Positions 26,904 through 40,344 of a stretch of DNA of 64,000 nucleotides are shown here, one piece after another. The stretch is from Eledone cirrhosa (lineage: Eukaryota), in the NCBI GenBank assembly GCA_964016885.1, contig CAXHJY010000249.1, forward strand, positions 1 to 64,000. The letters run 5' to 3'. The position numbers and the translations under genes were made by a program. The notes beneath the pieces were generated by a model that saw only the letters and a program-made list of their open reading frames with translations, made no database searches and had not been told where the DNA came from. Position 1 is the first letter of the stretch, and every line of letters begins with the position of its first letter.

Positions 26904-28319
26904 ACTTATGAGATTGGTTGGTGTCAATGAGCCGTTGGAAGCAGGATGCCAGAACTTGCTATTTGGTTGCTGACAAACCACCAGCCAAGAGACAAAAGTA
27001 TGCCAAGGGACAGTGTGACATCAACAACTACCACACTCTTCCAACTTTCTTAGTTTGTTCTGAATATAATTTCAGCCAAGTTCAGTAACCTTTAACATCC
27101 AGGTTTTTATGCAAACTGAGTAAATTGAACTATTTTACTTATTTTCTAAACACTCTAAATGTTTGCATTTCTGGAAGGTTTCCTGAACCAACCATTGGTT
27201 AGAGATAAACAATTGCACTTTCTTTAGTATTTATACATACATACATATTACAACTTCAAAAATACAGCAACCAACCCCCACACACACACACACATACAAG
27301 CATTGTTACTATTTTACAATGGACTATATACAAATACACACACATTTAGTTATATTCTAAAGGGTATGTCTGTTCATGTTAATGTCAATTTTGGATGCAT
27401 ATATTCTGTGCATATGCTCATCCATGTAAAATTATGAGTATATAAATCATGATGGTAAAAGGAAAAAAAATAAGCTTGTCTTATAGATAGTTTGCTGTTT
27501 TCATTTTTAATAAATTGTCCACTGTTAACTGTTCCTATACCTCGAAAATATAAATCTCAAGCTCATGTTCTAAAATTTTGAAAAGTGCAGTCAAAATTGA
27601 TTCAATAAGTATATCATTTAGTTGGAAATCAGACATCTTCCATTTTTTTTTCATTTCAATGTGACCTCAAACTATTTCTCTTATTTGCTTTGCCCTACCC
27701 TTTTTATATTTACTTGAATATAATGACACACCCAACCAGTATTCAAGCTTTACTGAGTTAAAACTAGCTTAAAACGTTGAATTTTGAAATACTAATTCCT
27801 GCTACATTCCAAACCTTTCTTTTCATTCAAGTCACTTTGTAGTCCAGATATTAGGAACCATAATAAAAAGGATGTTTACAGAAGTCTGGTTTGCTTTCTA
27901 TCATTGTTAGATTTAGCTGGTTTATTTAAGAAACGATTAAAACTGGCTTGTCGCAAAGTGAGAAAATAATCACTTCTATTTAAACAATATTATCAATTGT
28001 GAAATTAAGAGTCAAAGTATTTTAGTTTTGTAGTGTTATTGATAACATCTTTCAGAGCAGTAGTAAAAATTGAGATATATGAGCATATTCTCAAAAGAAA
28101 TTTGTTTAATTTTTATCATTTTTAAATATTGTCTTTGTGCATGTATCTAGAAATAAATTGTAGCTAACTTTCCTCATATCTGACTGACTGTAAATACTTA
28201 TCTTAGAAATAGTCATTGCTTTACTGACATTTTATCAAAGTTGAAGGAATTGGCAGTTATAGAATTAATTTCAATAATTGGATTTCTGAGTTTCACATGT
28301 TCTTTAAAAATTTCCAAAG

Positions 28320-28572
28320 TCGACGACACAGGACATGACCTCTGGCATCACGCAGTAATACAGAAGACCCGACTTTCCATGGCTACAAGCTTAAGCATAT
28401 AGACAATATGCCCCACCCCCTCCCACTGCAAAGTGGTTGTGGAGGTGTCACAGAAAAAAAGTACCTAGCTGTAGAAATCAAGCCAAAAATCACCTGACTT
28501 GGCAGTGCCCACAAGACAACCTGTCCAACCCATGCTAGCGTGGAAGAATGGACATAAAACGGTGATGATAAT
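28320..28572 (+). mobile_element. RTE 3'-end fragment between the two convergent genes
   Basis: Colinear with 12070-12430, ending catgctagcgtggaagaatggacataaaacggtgatgat. Confidence 0.85.
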
Positions 28573-28808
28573 GAATTTAATTTATCAACTCCACTGGAAG
28601 TACCATGATTAATTTTAGTCAACAGGCAGATTATCAAATGTTCTATAGTGAGAATATGTAGATAATGTCAAGACTGATAAGATATTTATGAATCAACATT
28701 TGTCAGGAAAAGAAAAATTGAAGACCTAATATACATTTTAAATATTTTTTATTTTTCAAAAACTATATGGCTGCATATCCAACTTCTTTTTCCCCATTCA
28801 ACTGAAAT

Positions 28809-28812
28809 TTAC
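28809..28812 (-). CDS. UQCR11: UQCR11-like exon 3 (last base of Glu codon + TAA, then 3'UTR)
   Basis: Branch CTAAC (28835-28839), acceptor ttttcttttttttacag|GTAA, and AATAAA at 28748-28753. Completes GA|G TAA. Confidence 0.65.
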
Positions 28813-30885
28813 CTGTAAAAAAAAGAAAATTGAAGTTAGATTTCCTCAATGTATCACCTACAAAATACTTGTACATGAAACTAAAGCTCATCATATCAAT
28901 ATCACCTAAAGCAAATGGTAACGTTTGTTTTAGTGTAGCAATATATACTATATGGGTTGCTACAAAGTTATCAGCCCAATTCAACCCATCCATGCCAGTA
29001 TGGAAAAAACAAACAATTTAGACTGAATAGCAAATCTTACTAGTTTTGATTTACCAATAGTAATAAATATCTTGACAAATTAGTTATTGAACTATTTTTC
29101 TCTTGTATTTCATAAGTTCATATTTAAGACATTTAAAAGCAAAACTGTTTTAACATTTAGTTCTAATGCTGTACAATGTTTTGCATTCTGATCTGAATTT
29201 CTCAGCATAACTATGAGGGCAGTATATTTAAAAAAAAACAAACTTAACAGCCTAAACCATTTTGAGACCAATCCGCCTGAAACTGCCTCGGGCTTTCTTA
29301 TGAAATTTCTAAATTTAATCCTTCCCATGTTCCAAGCAACAGCTTAATTATGAAAAGGTTGCTTATGTTACTAAATCCTTCCAAATTTATAGAAATACAT
29401 TGTACTTCATTAGAAATGTGTAACAAAATACAATTGCTAAGCTTCATTGAGTTTGATTGCCACCAAAGACTAGCATTTTATTTTATGGTAAAGTTGCAAC
29501 AATTATATAGTTAAATTTCACTTTTCTAGATATCTATAGATAAAAAGGCTTTAATGTTTAGTGAGGAAGGTAAGAACAGTGCCAATGAGACTGATAGAAA
29601 TATAACCATTAGGTCCACACTGTTGCAAGGATAAGTTGTGGTGTTAAACGAGACAACTGATTAAATCTACCACAGCAAGATTTAAACTCAGAATACAAAG
29701 ACCCAGAATAAATGTCTGAATCTATAATAATCCCACCAATTCACAGCTCTAGCTTTATTGATCTTGATAGGATGGAACATAGGCATTTTGTATCACTCTG
29801 TAGAATAAGCAATTAATCCTGCTGAGGTAAACTTTGTCATCCTTTCGAGGTCAATTTAAAAAAAAAATACCAGTCTAGTATTGAGGTTGATTCTTTTTCT
29901 CACTTCCTATATACTTCTCTGGAAGAATTCTGTGTTTAGACCCAGAGCTTAATATGCCCAAGAAGTGTATGCCACTAGGGCACACCTACAACTCCATGAA
30001 TTACTGGACCATACCACACCCATCCCCTGCCATATAAAAATGAAAAACCTATATTAAAATGGCAAGTTTCTTAACATCCAATTTATGGAATCAGTTTTGA
30101 ATTCCCCTTCACACTGAGTATAGATTAATTTAAGATATTCTTAATAACTTATCAAAGCTTACTTAAGTAATAAACATGCACCTGACTCATATCTACATGT
30201 CATTGTCAATTCGCTACCTGCAAAATTATGTAGAGTTAGAACATCAAATGGGATGCTTGAGTTTTTTGATCCTGCAGAGATCAATTTATCCTTTTACCAT
30301 TTCAAGGTTAAAAAAAAAAAAAAAGGTACCAGTCTAGTACTGGGGTCGATTCTTGCTCTATATCTGTCTTTCCCCTTCTCTGGAAGAAACCTCTGTTCAG
30401 ACATGGAGTAGGATATGCTTCTCTAGATTTAAAATGCCCAAGACCCCTATTATTCCATCAGTTACATAATTCTGCCGGTTTTACTCGGTTGATTAGTTAA
30501 GGCTCCATAATAAGAAAGATGTCTAGACTTTAACCCTTTAAACACCAGCCCACACAAAATCAGATCTATTAAAGGACAATTTTAGATTGCAGTAGTTCAA
30601 TATTTGTCTTCTATTATGTTAGGATAGTCACAGCTGGCATGCCTCTATCTTTTTTCAGACAGTATATCTAAGACTAAATCTGAACCAATTTATTCCAAAT
30701 TAAGGTTATGTAATTGTCTTAATTTATCATGCAATGAAGTGGGGGTGCTATTCTAGGGAAGCATTGGAGAGAGAGGTCGGTTATCAAGAGTGTCAATTTG
30801 CAGGTTAGATGGATTCATCCTGATAATAATTAATGAAATTAATAATGAAAATTATTGTGTACAGTGCTCAGAATTATTTTTACTG

Positions 30886-31130
30886 CAGGTGCATGGCTTA
30901 GTGGTTAGAGAATTGGATTTGTAGTCATGAGGTTGCAAGTTCGATTCCTGGACCAAGCAATGAATTATTTCACATTGCTCTTTCTGCTAGTTGTGACCAG
31001 TAGATAGTATCAGCAATGAAAAGACCAATGGAAACATTGTTTCCTTGGACCAATCTGACGAGATCCACTCCACTTGGCAAGCGAATGAGTCTGGAATCTT
31101 GATCGTTCCAATGTGGTGTGATGTAATGAT
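30886..31130 (+). mobile_element. tRNA-derived SINE
   Basis: A/B boxes tggcttagtggttagag and gttcgattcc. Homologous to 34798-35010. Confidence 0.7.
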
Positions 31131-31831
31131 TTGTGTGTCTTATGATGCCTTTATTGCATTCTGTTATTAGCCCAAACCACCACTATGCATGTCTTGCTTT
31201 ATGAAGGTGAAAGCCAGAGGAACATGGTGGAGACACCTGTTTAATCTTGGAGAGCCATATTATCTATTCACAAATATTGCTTGATTACATACATCACCAC
31301 ATACTCTATTTCACCTTAAATTACAAAGAAGAATCTGAATGCATATTGTAGGTTGAAGATAGCTGTTATTTGCCACAAAAGCTCTTCACACTCATTTCAC
31401 AAGAAAAATATGACCAACAAAACTCAAATAGAAAAGATAAAAACAGCTATACACAAATAGAGTAATGAAGAATTTAACATCTAAACAAAGTAGCCTCTTA
31501 ATAAGACAAAGAAAATTTATCACACCAGTGTATGTAGAATCTTTATATATGCATATATTCCTCTCTTTATTGATGTAGTACATGTGAATAACTATCTTTG
31601 CTGGGGAGGTCTAATGACACTGAAACATGGCCAGAGTTATCACCACACCAACCAAATAGACTATTCTTTCCCTCACTATTTCATATCCAATTTTACTTAC
31701 TAGAGATTCTGGTGAGTCAACTCATATCTAAAAAAATTGTTTCTTTTTTTAGATGTTGGCCTAGTATTGAATAATTGAAGTTATCATGCTCATCACAAGA
31801 ACAGTAAATTTATTTTGCTGTTGATGTTAAA

Positions 31832-33552
31832 TACAAGGTTTGTCCCAAAAGTAAGGATACTGATTTTCCTATATGCGACGTGGTAATGCAGCACCTTGTA
31901 GATGTATATAGGTGTTGGTTATGACTAGCTGCACATACTTGTTTCAACATTGAATCGTGAGTTATTGCTGTTTATGTACAGACGTGTTTAGAATCTCTTA
32001 TATTTGTGATGCAAGAAAATATCGAACAACAGTATGTAATCAAATTTTGTGTGAAACTTAAATCTGCCACTGAAACAATTTTTTAACACAAGCTTATGGA
32101 GATGCCACTCTATCGAGAAGTAAGGTTTTAAAGTAGCACAAAGCTTTCAAGGAAAATGTTGAAGATGTGCCTTGTTTTGAAAGGCCAATCTCATCAACAA
32201 ATGAACAAAATGTCGAAGTGGTGATGGCGAAAGATTAGTGTTAGGATGATTGCAGAAAATGCTGTTCACAACTAGTGCCCAAACACTTGTCTAGAGGAAG
32301 AAGCAAAAGATTTGTCAGCATTTGCTGAAAAGATTCAAAATTGAGCCAAATTTCTTGGATAAAAATAATGAGAGGAGAGTAAATTTAACCAAAACTAAAG
32401 TGCTAAGGAGTAGGCATAAACTCCATATGGTGTACATAATGTGAATATTGGGTACACAAGAGATGTAGTGAGATAACAGGAAGGGAGGACTTTGTATGTA
32501 GAAGATGCACAGGAGTAATATAAACCTTTTTCAGTCACAGTAGTGGTTGATAGCTTCTATCTAGGTGACTCAATTAGCAGTTGAGTAGGGCATGCCGAAA
32601 GTATAATAGTTAGAATAAGGATAGGAAGGAAGAAGTTCAGAAAGCTATTCCCACATGATGTTTGTGTGCTGCATGTTAGTGAAACATTGGCTGTGATTGT
32701 AGAGGACATTCATAGACTGGAAAGAAATGAAGCAGCCATGCTCCGTTGGAGGTGCAATGTAAGTGTAAGAGAGAGGCAGAGCTTGGTTGAGTTGAAGAAG
32801 CTAGGTTTAAGAGGAATCTGAGGTAGTGTGCAGGAGAGAAGACTGCATTAGTTTGTGCATGAAGAAGTGTTAGAGGAAGGAAGACTCACAGAGGCGATGA
32901 CAAAGGATCACGACATGTGGAGAGATGCTGTGCTGAGAAGGACCTGTCCAACCCATGCAAGTGTGGAACAGCGGACGTAAAAATGATGATAAATCATGGG
33001 TGTGCGAGTACAAGCCAAAGACAAAACGGCAAAGTGAAGAGTGACACGAAAAATTCTCATCCGAAGAAAGCATGCATGAGCAGATCCAGGTTGAAAATGA
33101 TGATTATCATTTTTTTGACAGCTGTGGTATTCTTCACAAAGAATTTTTATCTCCAGGACAGTTAATTGCACCTTCTACAAAGATGTCTTTGAAAGACTTC
33201 GAAAACAAGTCCAGTGAGTACGAAAAAACTTAACAGGAAATTGAGTACTGCACTTTCAATTAAAGAATTTTTGGTGAAGAAAAACATTCCTACTCTTCCA
33301 CATCCTACCTACAGTCTAGATCTAGCTCTGAGTGATTTTTACCTCTTCCCTAAGTTGAAGGGTCATCACAGCTAAGGGCACTCACAGAAAATGACCTCCG
33401 GTACTGCTATGATCAATGGAAAAATATTGGAACCACTGATGTGACTTTCCAAGAGTTCATATTTTAAAGGAGATGACTTGTAATTTCATCTACGTCTAAT
33501 ACACATTTAAATAAAACATCAGTACCTGTACTTCTGGGACAAATCTCATCTA
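31832..33552 (+). mobile_element. Mariner transposon relic with both TIRs
   Basis: Left tacaaggtttgtcccaaaagtaaggatactgatttt matches right aaaacatcagtacctgtacttctgggacaaatctc. Transposase remnants EQQYVIKFCVKL..SATET, SWVCEYKPKTKRQS, LPHPTYSLDLALSDFYLFPKLK. Confidence 0.85.
32366..32992 (+). mobile_element. RTE 3' fragment nested in the mariner transposase
   Basis: RVNLTKTKVL, WVHKRCS, SETLAVIVEDIHRLERNEAAMLRW, ending in a gatgat tail. The transposase resumes immediately after. Confidence 0.8.
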
Positions 33553-33799
33553 TCGAGATTCCTTTTTAAATATTATTATTTGCTGCCTTGTATTGACCAA
33601 TTTGAACATATCCCCCCCCCCCCCCTCCAAAAGGTATAATTAACTGATCCACTATTTTCAAGAATGCAGAGCTTATAGCTTTACCGGGGAGGATAGAGAC
33701 AAATGTGGGAAGCAAATATGGTTAATGGTCAGCTTGAATGTCTGAAGATCAATGGTTTAAGAAAAGATGGATGTATACCATCTTAATAATTTTAGTAAA

Positions 33800-34010
33800 T
33801 CTCGGTGGATTCGCAGTATCATAATGTTGGACATGCTTTATGGCATAGTTATGTTCCTTTACGTTGAGTTCAAATCCTGCTGAGGTTAGCTTTGCCTTTC
33901 ATCCTTACAGGGTCAATATAATAAAGAATCAGTAACACACTGGGGTCGATTTAATTGAATTTCCCCTCCCCAAAAATTGCTGGTCTTGTACCTAAATCAG
34001 AAACCAATAA
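33800..34010 (+). mobile_element. tRNA-derived SINE with Meta-like central domain
   Basis: gagttcaaatcctgctgaggttagctttgcctttcatccttacagggtcaat. Same family as the copy at 48643. Confidence 0.7.
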
Positions 34011-34255
34011 TTTTAGTAAATCTCCCATCCACAATTCTATATTTTTTTAAAGCACTAAATGTGAACATGAAATAAGGTAACAATATAAATAAAATAAAAT
34101 GCTTCATTTCATGGTTTCTAAAAATAATAAAAGAAATATAATTTCCAGTTGTGTAATAGATTGTTTTGAAGCAAAAATGCATGAATTGTATATCATATTT
34201 GCTATGGAGAAGAAAAAATTCAATAGTCAGAAAGGCAGGGAAAATATTAACTTAC

Positions 34256-34372
34256 TCTTCTGTCTTAAATTTCCTCTTTATTATAGGGACATATTGAAGA
34301 ACTAACTTCCAGTCAGTAAAATACAAAAGAGCTACACCTCCAGTTGCAGCAAATAAACCTAGAGATCGGCTC
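34256..34372 (-). CDS. UQCR11: Cytochrome b-c1 complex subunit 10 (UQCR11/QCR10-like) exon 2
   Basis: cttttctttttgcag|GAGCC...GAAGA|gtaagt; encodes SRSLGLFAATGGVALLYFTDWKLVLQYVPIIKRKFKTE. It has the TM helix plus the TDW..IL..VP.I..KF signature. Confidence 0.9.
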
Positions 34373-34522
34373 CTGCAAAAAGAAAAGAAAATAGTCATAA
34401 ACATTTCAAAAACAGTTTTGTGTGGAGTGAAATTTCAATAGAATTCACTTTTTAACTCAAGGAACAATCACAAAACATTATGATAGCATCCTTATAACAT
34501 ACAATTATTCATAGGTAGAGTT

Positions 34523-34640
34523 TTAACCCTTTAGCATTTAATTTTGAGAACAATACCTTAACAGTATGAGTGGCCAGTTACAGCCGGTTTGAACAGAAAG
34601 AGGTGAGAGAATTCCAGCTGGTTTAAATGCTAATGGGTTA
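34523..34640 (+). mobile_element. Internally deleted MITE of the piggyBac-like family
   Basis: ttaaccctttagcattt...aaatgctaatgggtta ends; the interior matches 53675-53892. Confidence 0.65.
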
Positions 34641-34797
34641 CACGTTTGGGAACCACTGAGTTAAGGGGTGATGGATTGAATGCCGTATATAAAAAACATT
34701 TTAATTGGAAACAAAATCTAGTGGTAATTGTTGGTGTCTTTTCTGTCAGAGTTTTATGCTTACTGCACCTTTTATTATCTACATTATGGAGCCCATA

Positions 34798-35010
34798 GTG
34801 ATGGCATATGGCTGAGTGGTTAGAGAATTGGATTTGTGAGTTTGATTCCTGGACCGGGTGATGCGTTATGTCCTTGAGCAAGAGACTTTATTTCACGTTG
34901 CTCCTTCTACCTGGAGTTGCAACTGATAGATAGTACTAGTAACTGGAAAGACCAATGGAAACATTGTTTCCTTGGTCCGATTTGACAAAAGTCGATCGAT
35001 CCTTTTATGG
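34798..35010 (+). mobile_element. tRNA-derived CORE-like SINE
   Basis: tggctgagtggttagag...gtttgattcc...tccttgagcaagagactttatttcac. Confidence 0.7.
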
Positions 35011-35035
35011 AGTCCATGTATTTCCATAATGAAGC

Positions 35036-36152
35036 ATTATGGAGCCCATGTATCTACATTATGAAGCCCACGTATCTACATTATGAAGCCCACGTATCTA
35101 CATTATGAAGCCCACGTATCTACATTATGAAGCCCACGTATCTACATTATGAAGCCCACGTATCTACATTATGAAGCCCACGTATCTATATTATGAAGCC
35201 CACGTATCTATATTATGAAGCCCATGTATCTATATTATGAAGCCCATGTATCTATATTATGAAGCCCATATATCTATATTATGAAGCCCATATATCTATA
35301 TTATGAAGCCCACCTATCTATATTATGAAGCTCAAATATCTATATTATGAAGCCCATGTATCTATATTATGTAGCCCACATATCTATATTATGAAGCCCA
35401 TGTATCTATATTATGAAGCCCATGTATCTATATTATGTAGCCCACATATCTATATTATGAAGCCCACGTATCTATATCATGAAACCCACGTATCTATATT
35501 ATGAAGCCCATTTATCTATTTTATGAAGCCCACGTACCTATATTATGAAGCCTACGTATCTATATTATGAAGCCCATGTACCTATATTATGAAGCCTACG
35601 TATCTATATTATGAAGCCTACGTATCTATATTATGAAGCCTACGTATCTATATTATGAAGCCTACGTATCTATATTATGAAGCCTACGTATCTATATTAT
35701 GAAGCCTACGTATCTATATTATGAAGCCCACGTACCTATATTATGAAGCCCATGTATCTATATTATGAAGCCCATGTATCTATATTATGAAGCCCATGTA
35801 TCTACATTATGAAGCCCATGTATCTATATTATGAAGCCCATATATCTATATTATGAAGCCTACGTATCTATATTATGAAGCCCATGTATCTATATTATGA
35901 AGCCCATGTATCTACATTATGAAGCCCATGTATCTATATTATGAAGCCCATGTATCTATATTATGAAGCCCACATATCTATATTATGAAGCCCATGTATC
36001 TATATTATGAAGCCCATGTATCTACATTATGAAGCCCACATATCTATATTATGAAGCCCATGTATCTACATTATGAAGCCCATGTATCTACATTATGAAG
36101 CCCATGTATCTACATTATGAAGCCCCATGTATCTATATTATGAAGCCCATGT
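35036..36152. repeat. 22-bp minisatellite, ~50 copies
   Basis: Unit ATGAAGCCCAYGTATCTAYATT, head-to-tail with no spacers, variants in blocks. Confidence 0.97.
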
Positions 36153-36169
36153 GGTCCATTTATATCTCT

Positions 36170-36600
36170 AATAGAAGTTTTCTGTCAGAACTCTTCAGCT
36201 TTTGCAGCAAATACTAATTGGGATCTCTCCAACCCACACTATGAATTCTAGTGTAACCCAAGGTTCCTTTTTGTACCCTATATTCTCCCGTCTGTATGTT
36301 AATTAATGTGATCTACTCACTGTCACTTCTAACTACTGTTATTCCTATAAAGATGATGTCACCCATTACTCTGCTTCATCTTTTGGCTATAAGTAACTTT
36401 CACAGTCCACATTAGATTAACACTGCAAAACTATCTTTCATTGAATACATCACAACTTAGGATTTCTTCAATAGTACAAAACACAATTGCTACACATATC
36501 AAGAAAACTATCTTATATCTATCCTCTTTTACATATTAGTAACACAATTAACATTCCCAAACCTGCTACAAATGCAGTCTCACAATCTTTGATAATTGTT
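36170..36600 (+). mobile_element. Degenerate CR1/Jockey-group RT fragment
   Basis: NSSVTQGSFLYPIF..YVN and HSYADD-like (SYKDDVT) remnants. Confidence 0.6.
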
Positions 36601-37754
36601 GGTGACTACACACTCACACACACATTATATATATATCTGTGTATTATTGACGGACATGAGAAAAAGTACTCAATACTGAAGTAGAATTTAAATATTCATT
36701 TAATGGCTAAGTAGTAAGCCTTGTTACTCTGGAGTTTCACCTATGCATCTTGACTGATGATTTTCCACTGTTCTCACCCACACCTTTTTTAAAATTAATT
36801 TTGTAAAGTCTTTCGAATTTATATGTATATATATTAGGATCACTAAGAAATTTTGAAAATATTTAAATTTAACTTCTACTGGACTTTTTCTTGGAGAAGA
36901 CCCCCCCCCCCCCCACACACGCACACACAAAAAGGAAACATTTTGATACCTCCTTTGTGAAATTTGGATGAATATTAAAAAAAAAATATGACAATTTTGT
37001 CTGATTAGACCTAAATGAATGATTAGCCATATTTGTGAGGTCATGTTTGAAATTGAGGTGATAATCTCTTCAAATTACATAAATTAATAGTGTGCATGGG
37101 ATAGCAGTTGCCTATTCTTTTCAGGTTCTTGAAAATGAAACGGGGGGTCAATTAAAAAAATATTTTTGTAAAGCCTATTCTGTTGTGTGTGTAAGCTCTT
37201 CAAGTGTTTAAAAACCTAGCTAAATCCAAAAGAACACGCCACAGGGACTTGAGTTTTGGTGCATTAATCAGAAGATATTATAGCCATCGTATAATGTTCA
37301 CTTTCCAAGCTAGCATGGGTTAGACGGGTATAGAACTAAATAAATTGTGAGATTTTGGAGCATGATACCATTTCAATAAAATTTTAATGTATTATTAAAA
37401 ATGGCTATAAACAATTAAATTACAGTGATTAAAGGCCATCGCCAGCTTTACATGTATTTTCAGACATGGCTATATTGCAATCTGTAGAGGGCTCAGTTTT
37501 GATACACAGGGGCATACAACTGAATCCTCTCTGAAAGTTTGGAACTTTACAATACATTTAATATGTATCCCTGTAGAGCTTCGTGGAAGGGGCGACATGC
37601 ACAATTAGCTTGATCATTTTCATGTCAAAATACATTCTGTGGACAATTATGTATTATTTGAAAGTTCTGGGTGTGAAATTTCTTCAAGCAAAAAGTGGAT
37701 TTTTGCTTGGTCAAACTGTGCTTGTCACCCCTTCTCAGAGCTCTACTGTGATAT

Positions 37755-38090
37755 ATCATTTCATCATACGTCCACTTTTTCCCTGCTTGCAAGGATGGGA
37801 CGGGAACTGATTCTGGCTTGATTTCTACAGCTGGATGCATCCTAACATCAACCTCATTTACAGTGAGTGCTGGGTGCTTTTTTGCCGTGGCACCTCCACG
37901 ACAACTTTGCAGTGGAATGATATGGACCCCAGTCCCTATCATCTCATTTCTACAGCTGAGTAAACTGGAGCAATGTGAAATAAAGTGTCTTGCTCAAGGA
38001 AACAACACATCACCCGGTCTGAGAATTGAATTCACAACCTTTCGATTGCAAGGCCAATGCTCTAACCACTAAGCCATGTGCCTCCATAAT
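37755..38090 (-). mobile_element. CORE-like tRNA SINE joined to an RTE-type 3' end
   Basis: Minus head tggcttagtggttagagcattggccttgcaat and core ttccttgagcaagacactttatttcacattgctccag. 37760-37920 matches the RTE 3'UTR at 12170-12420. Confidence 0.7.
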
Positions 38091-39424
38091 ATATATTTAT
38101 TTATTTATAAGAACAAGTTTAAGCAAAGATCTAAAGATCCCGTTAAGGGTGAAAGCAGTGATTCTTTGCTTAAACTTTAATCTGTTCTTGTAATAAATAT
38201 TTGCTCAATGGGTTTATATATATAGAGATCAACCTAACACATTGACCGTGTGGCTGGGGATTGAAAAAAATATTATACTGAAAAATTTGTTATAATGGAA
38301 TTTTACCTGTATATATATATATATATATATATACGATAATGATGATATATATATATATATTACAGTATATGTATGCTTTTTCTTATGAACTAACTGATTA
38401 TTATCTGCAGTCAGGCCACCAAATATATTCACATCTGGTCACTTTTACTGGATTGCATAGCCAAGAAACTTGACTAAACACATTTCTCAAATCCTTCCAC
38501 TCTGAACTACATCTAAATAGAAATTCTCTTCCTACACTTACCCTACCACCATTAACCTACATATTCTTGAAACTGAACTTTAGTGACATTGACAGCCCTA
38601 ACTAGAGAAAGGATAGGAAGTAAAAGTCATAAGTGCTGTTTCTCTCATCGTCATCGTCACCATTCAATGTCCACTTCCCCTGCTAGCAAGAGTTGGACAG
38701 GTCTACATAGACTAAGTCAGTACTGATTCGGGGTTACTGACCTCCCAGACAGGCCAGGGAGTTTACATCTTATGTATGGTCTAACGTTCTACTGAGTGCA
38801 CAAGAGAGGTTGTCATGTCCTTGACACAACTAAAGGACCCTCTCAACTCTTTTTTTAAGGCATGGTTTCTACAGCAGGGTGCCCTTCCTGTCACCAACCA
38901 TCTTTCAGAGTGTACTAGGTGCATTTTTCTGACACCAACGCTAGAGAGGTTATTAGTCTTTGTCCCAATGGAAGAGCTCTCTCTTCTCTGTCAGGGTGGG
39001 AGCAAAGTATGAGGTTATGGCAAGTGTGGTATGATTTTACAGGGGGACACATATGGAAGAGGAGTGACCTGATAGCATAGAAGGAGGGGATGAGGTGGTG
39101 AGAACACCAAAGTGCTGATAATGGTGGAGGTGTGGTGGGAGAGTCAATTGTGTAGATGGCACTCACCAATGCTGGAAAGGGTAGATGTAGTTATGGAGAG
39201 AATATCTAAGGAGTGATAATGGAGGGGACATGGGTGGGATACATAGGAGTGAACTGAGTAGCTACTAGAGTGCGAAAGTAAGGGCTTTATAGGGGGTAAG
39301 CAGGAAAGGAATGATACAGGAGGGGGCATGGTCAGAGTGGGGGGTGTGGTGTTAGTGGGGATAGCTGCTAGGGAGTGCTAGTGGAAGGAACACACACACA
39401 GGGATAAGTCAGGTCACATTATAT

Positions 39425-39985
39425 GCTGTTGGCTGGGTCTTCAGAAGCATAGCATAGCGCCAGCCCTCACAGTTCTTTGTCATCTCTGTTGTGAGGTTTA
39501 GTTTTTTAAGGTTGGTCTTCACAACCTCCATGTCTTCCCGGGTTTTCCTCTACCAAAGGTTTCTCTACATTTTTTTATGCAGCTGCTATCTTCCATGTGC
39601 ATCACATGTCCATACCAACAGTCTTCTCTCTTGCACACTACATCCAATTCTTTCTATGCCAAGTTTTTCTCTCAGTTTGCTTATGCTAAGTCGTTCATGC
39701 ACATCAACATTACAGATCCACTGGAGCATACTCAATATGTTTCTTTCTAACCTCTGTAGGTCTTCTGTGGTAAAGGCCCATGTTTCACTGCAATATAGTA
39801 CTGCAGTTTGCACACAGGCATCATAGTTTACTCTTCAGTTTGAGAAAAAGGCCCTTTGTTGTTAGCAGAGGTAACAGCTCACTAAACTTCTTCCAGCCTG
39901 CTCTTATCCTAGCTATCACACTTTCAGATCATCCTGCCTCACTGCTAATTTGGCCACCTAGGTAACAAAAGCTGTCAACAACCAT
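39425..39985 (-). mobile_element. RTE 3' fragment
   Basis: VVDSFCYLG and TAVLYCSETWAFTTEDLQRLERN..CSVQERRL. Confidence 0.85.
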
Positions 39986-40344
39986 GAATGTATATTATTG
40001 TATAATTTTGCAGCTTATTCTATTATTAACCTAAAGGGTTTTCTTTACATTGGCTGGTAAAGAGGTTAAGGAAAAAAAATAGATCTTTTTATAACTTTGA
40101 TATTTCAAAAATGATTCCTTTTCAAGGGTATTCCATTATTTTCTTAAATGTTATTTACTACCCGATTTGTAGTAAACAGACATGTATTTGACCAGTGTCA
40201 CTGACAATCCTGCCGCTAGTGCCAAAAGGGAGATAGGCACCCTTGCTCTCCCATTAATATTAGCACTTGATCACAGCTGACCTGGAGTTAAACATATTCG
40301 ACAAAAATACTACTTTTCCCTGTGAATAAGTCACACGTTTGTGC

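Noticed and set aside
30886-30960. tRNA genes at A/B-box sequences
   Set aside because: No complete cloverleaf; the heads continue into SINE bodies.
31020-31110. GAAAC...CTGACGA hammerhead-like words in a SINE tail
   Set aside because: Helix I and II pairings do not close properly, and the core is not kept in the homologous copy near 34950.
35036-36152. CRISPR-like regular repeat
   Set aside because: Units are contiguous with no unique spacers, there are no cas genes, and the context is eukaryotic.
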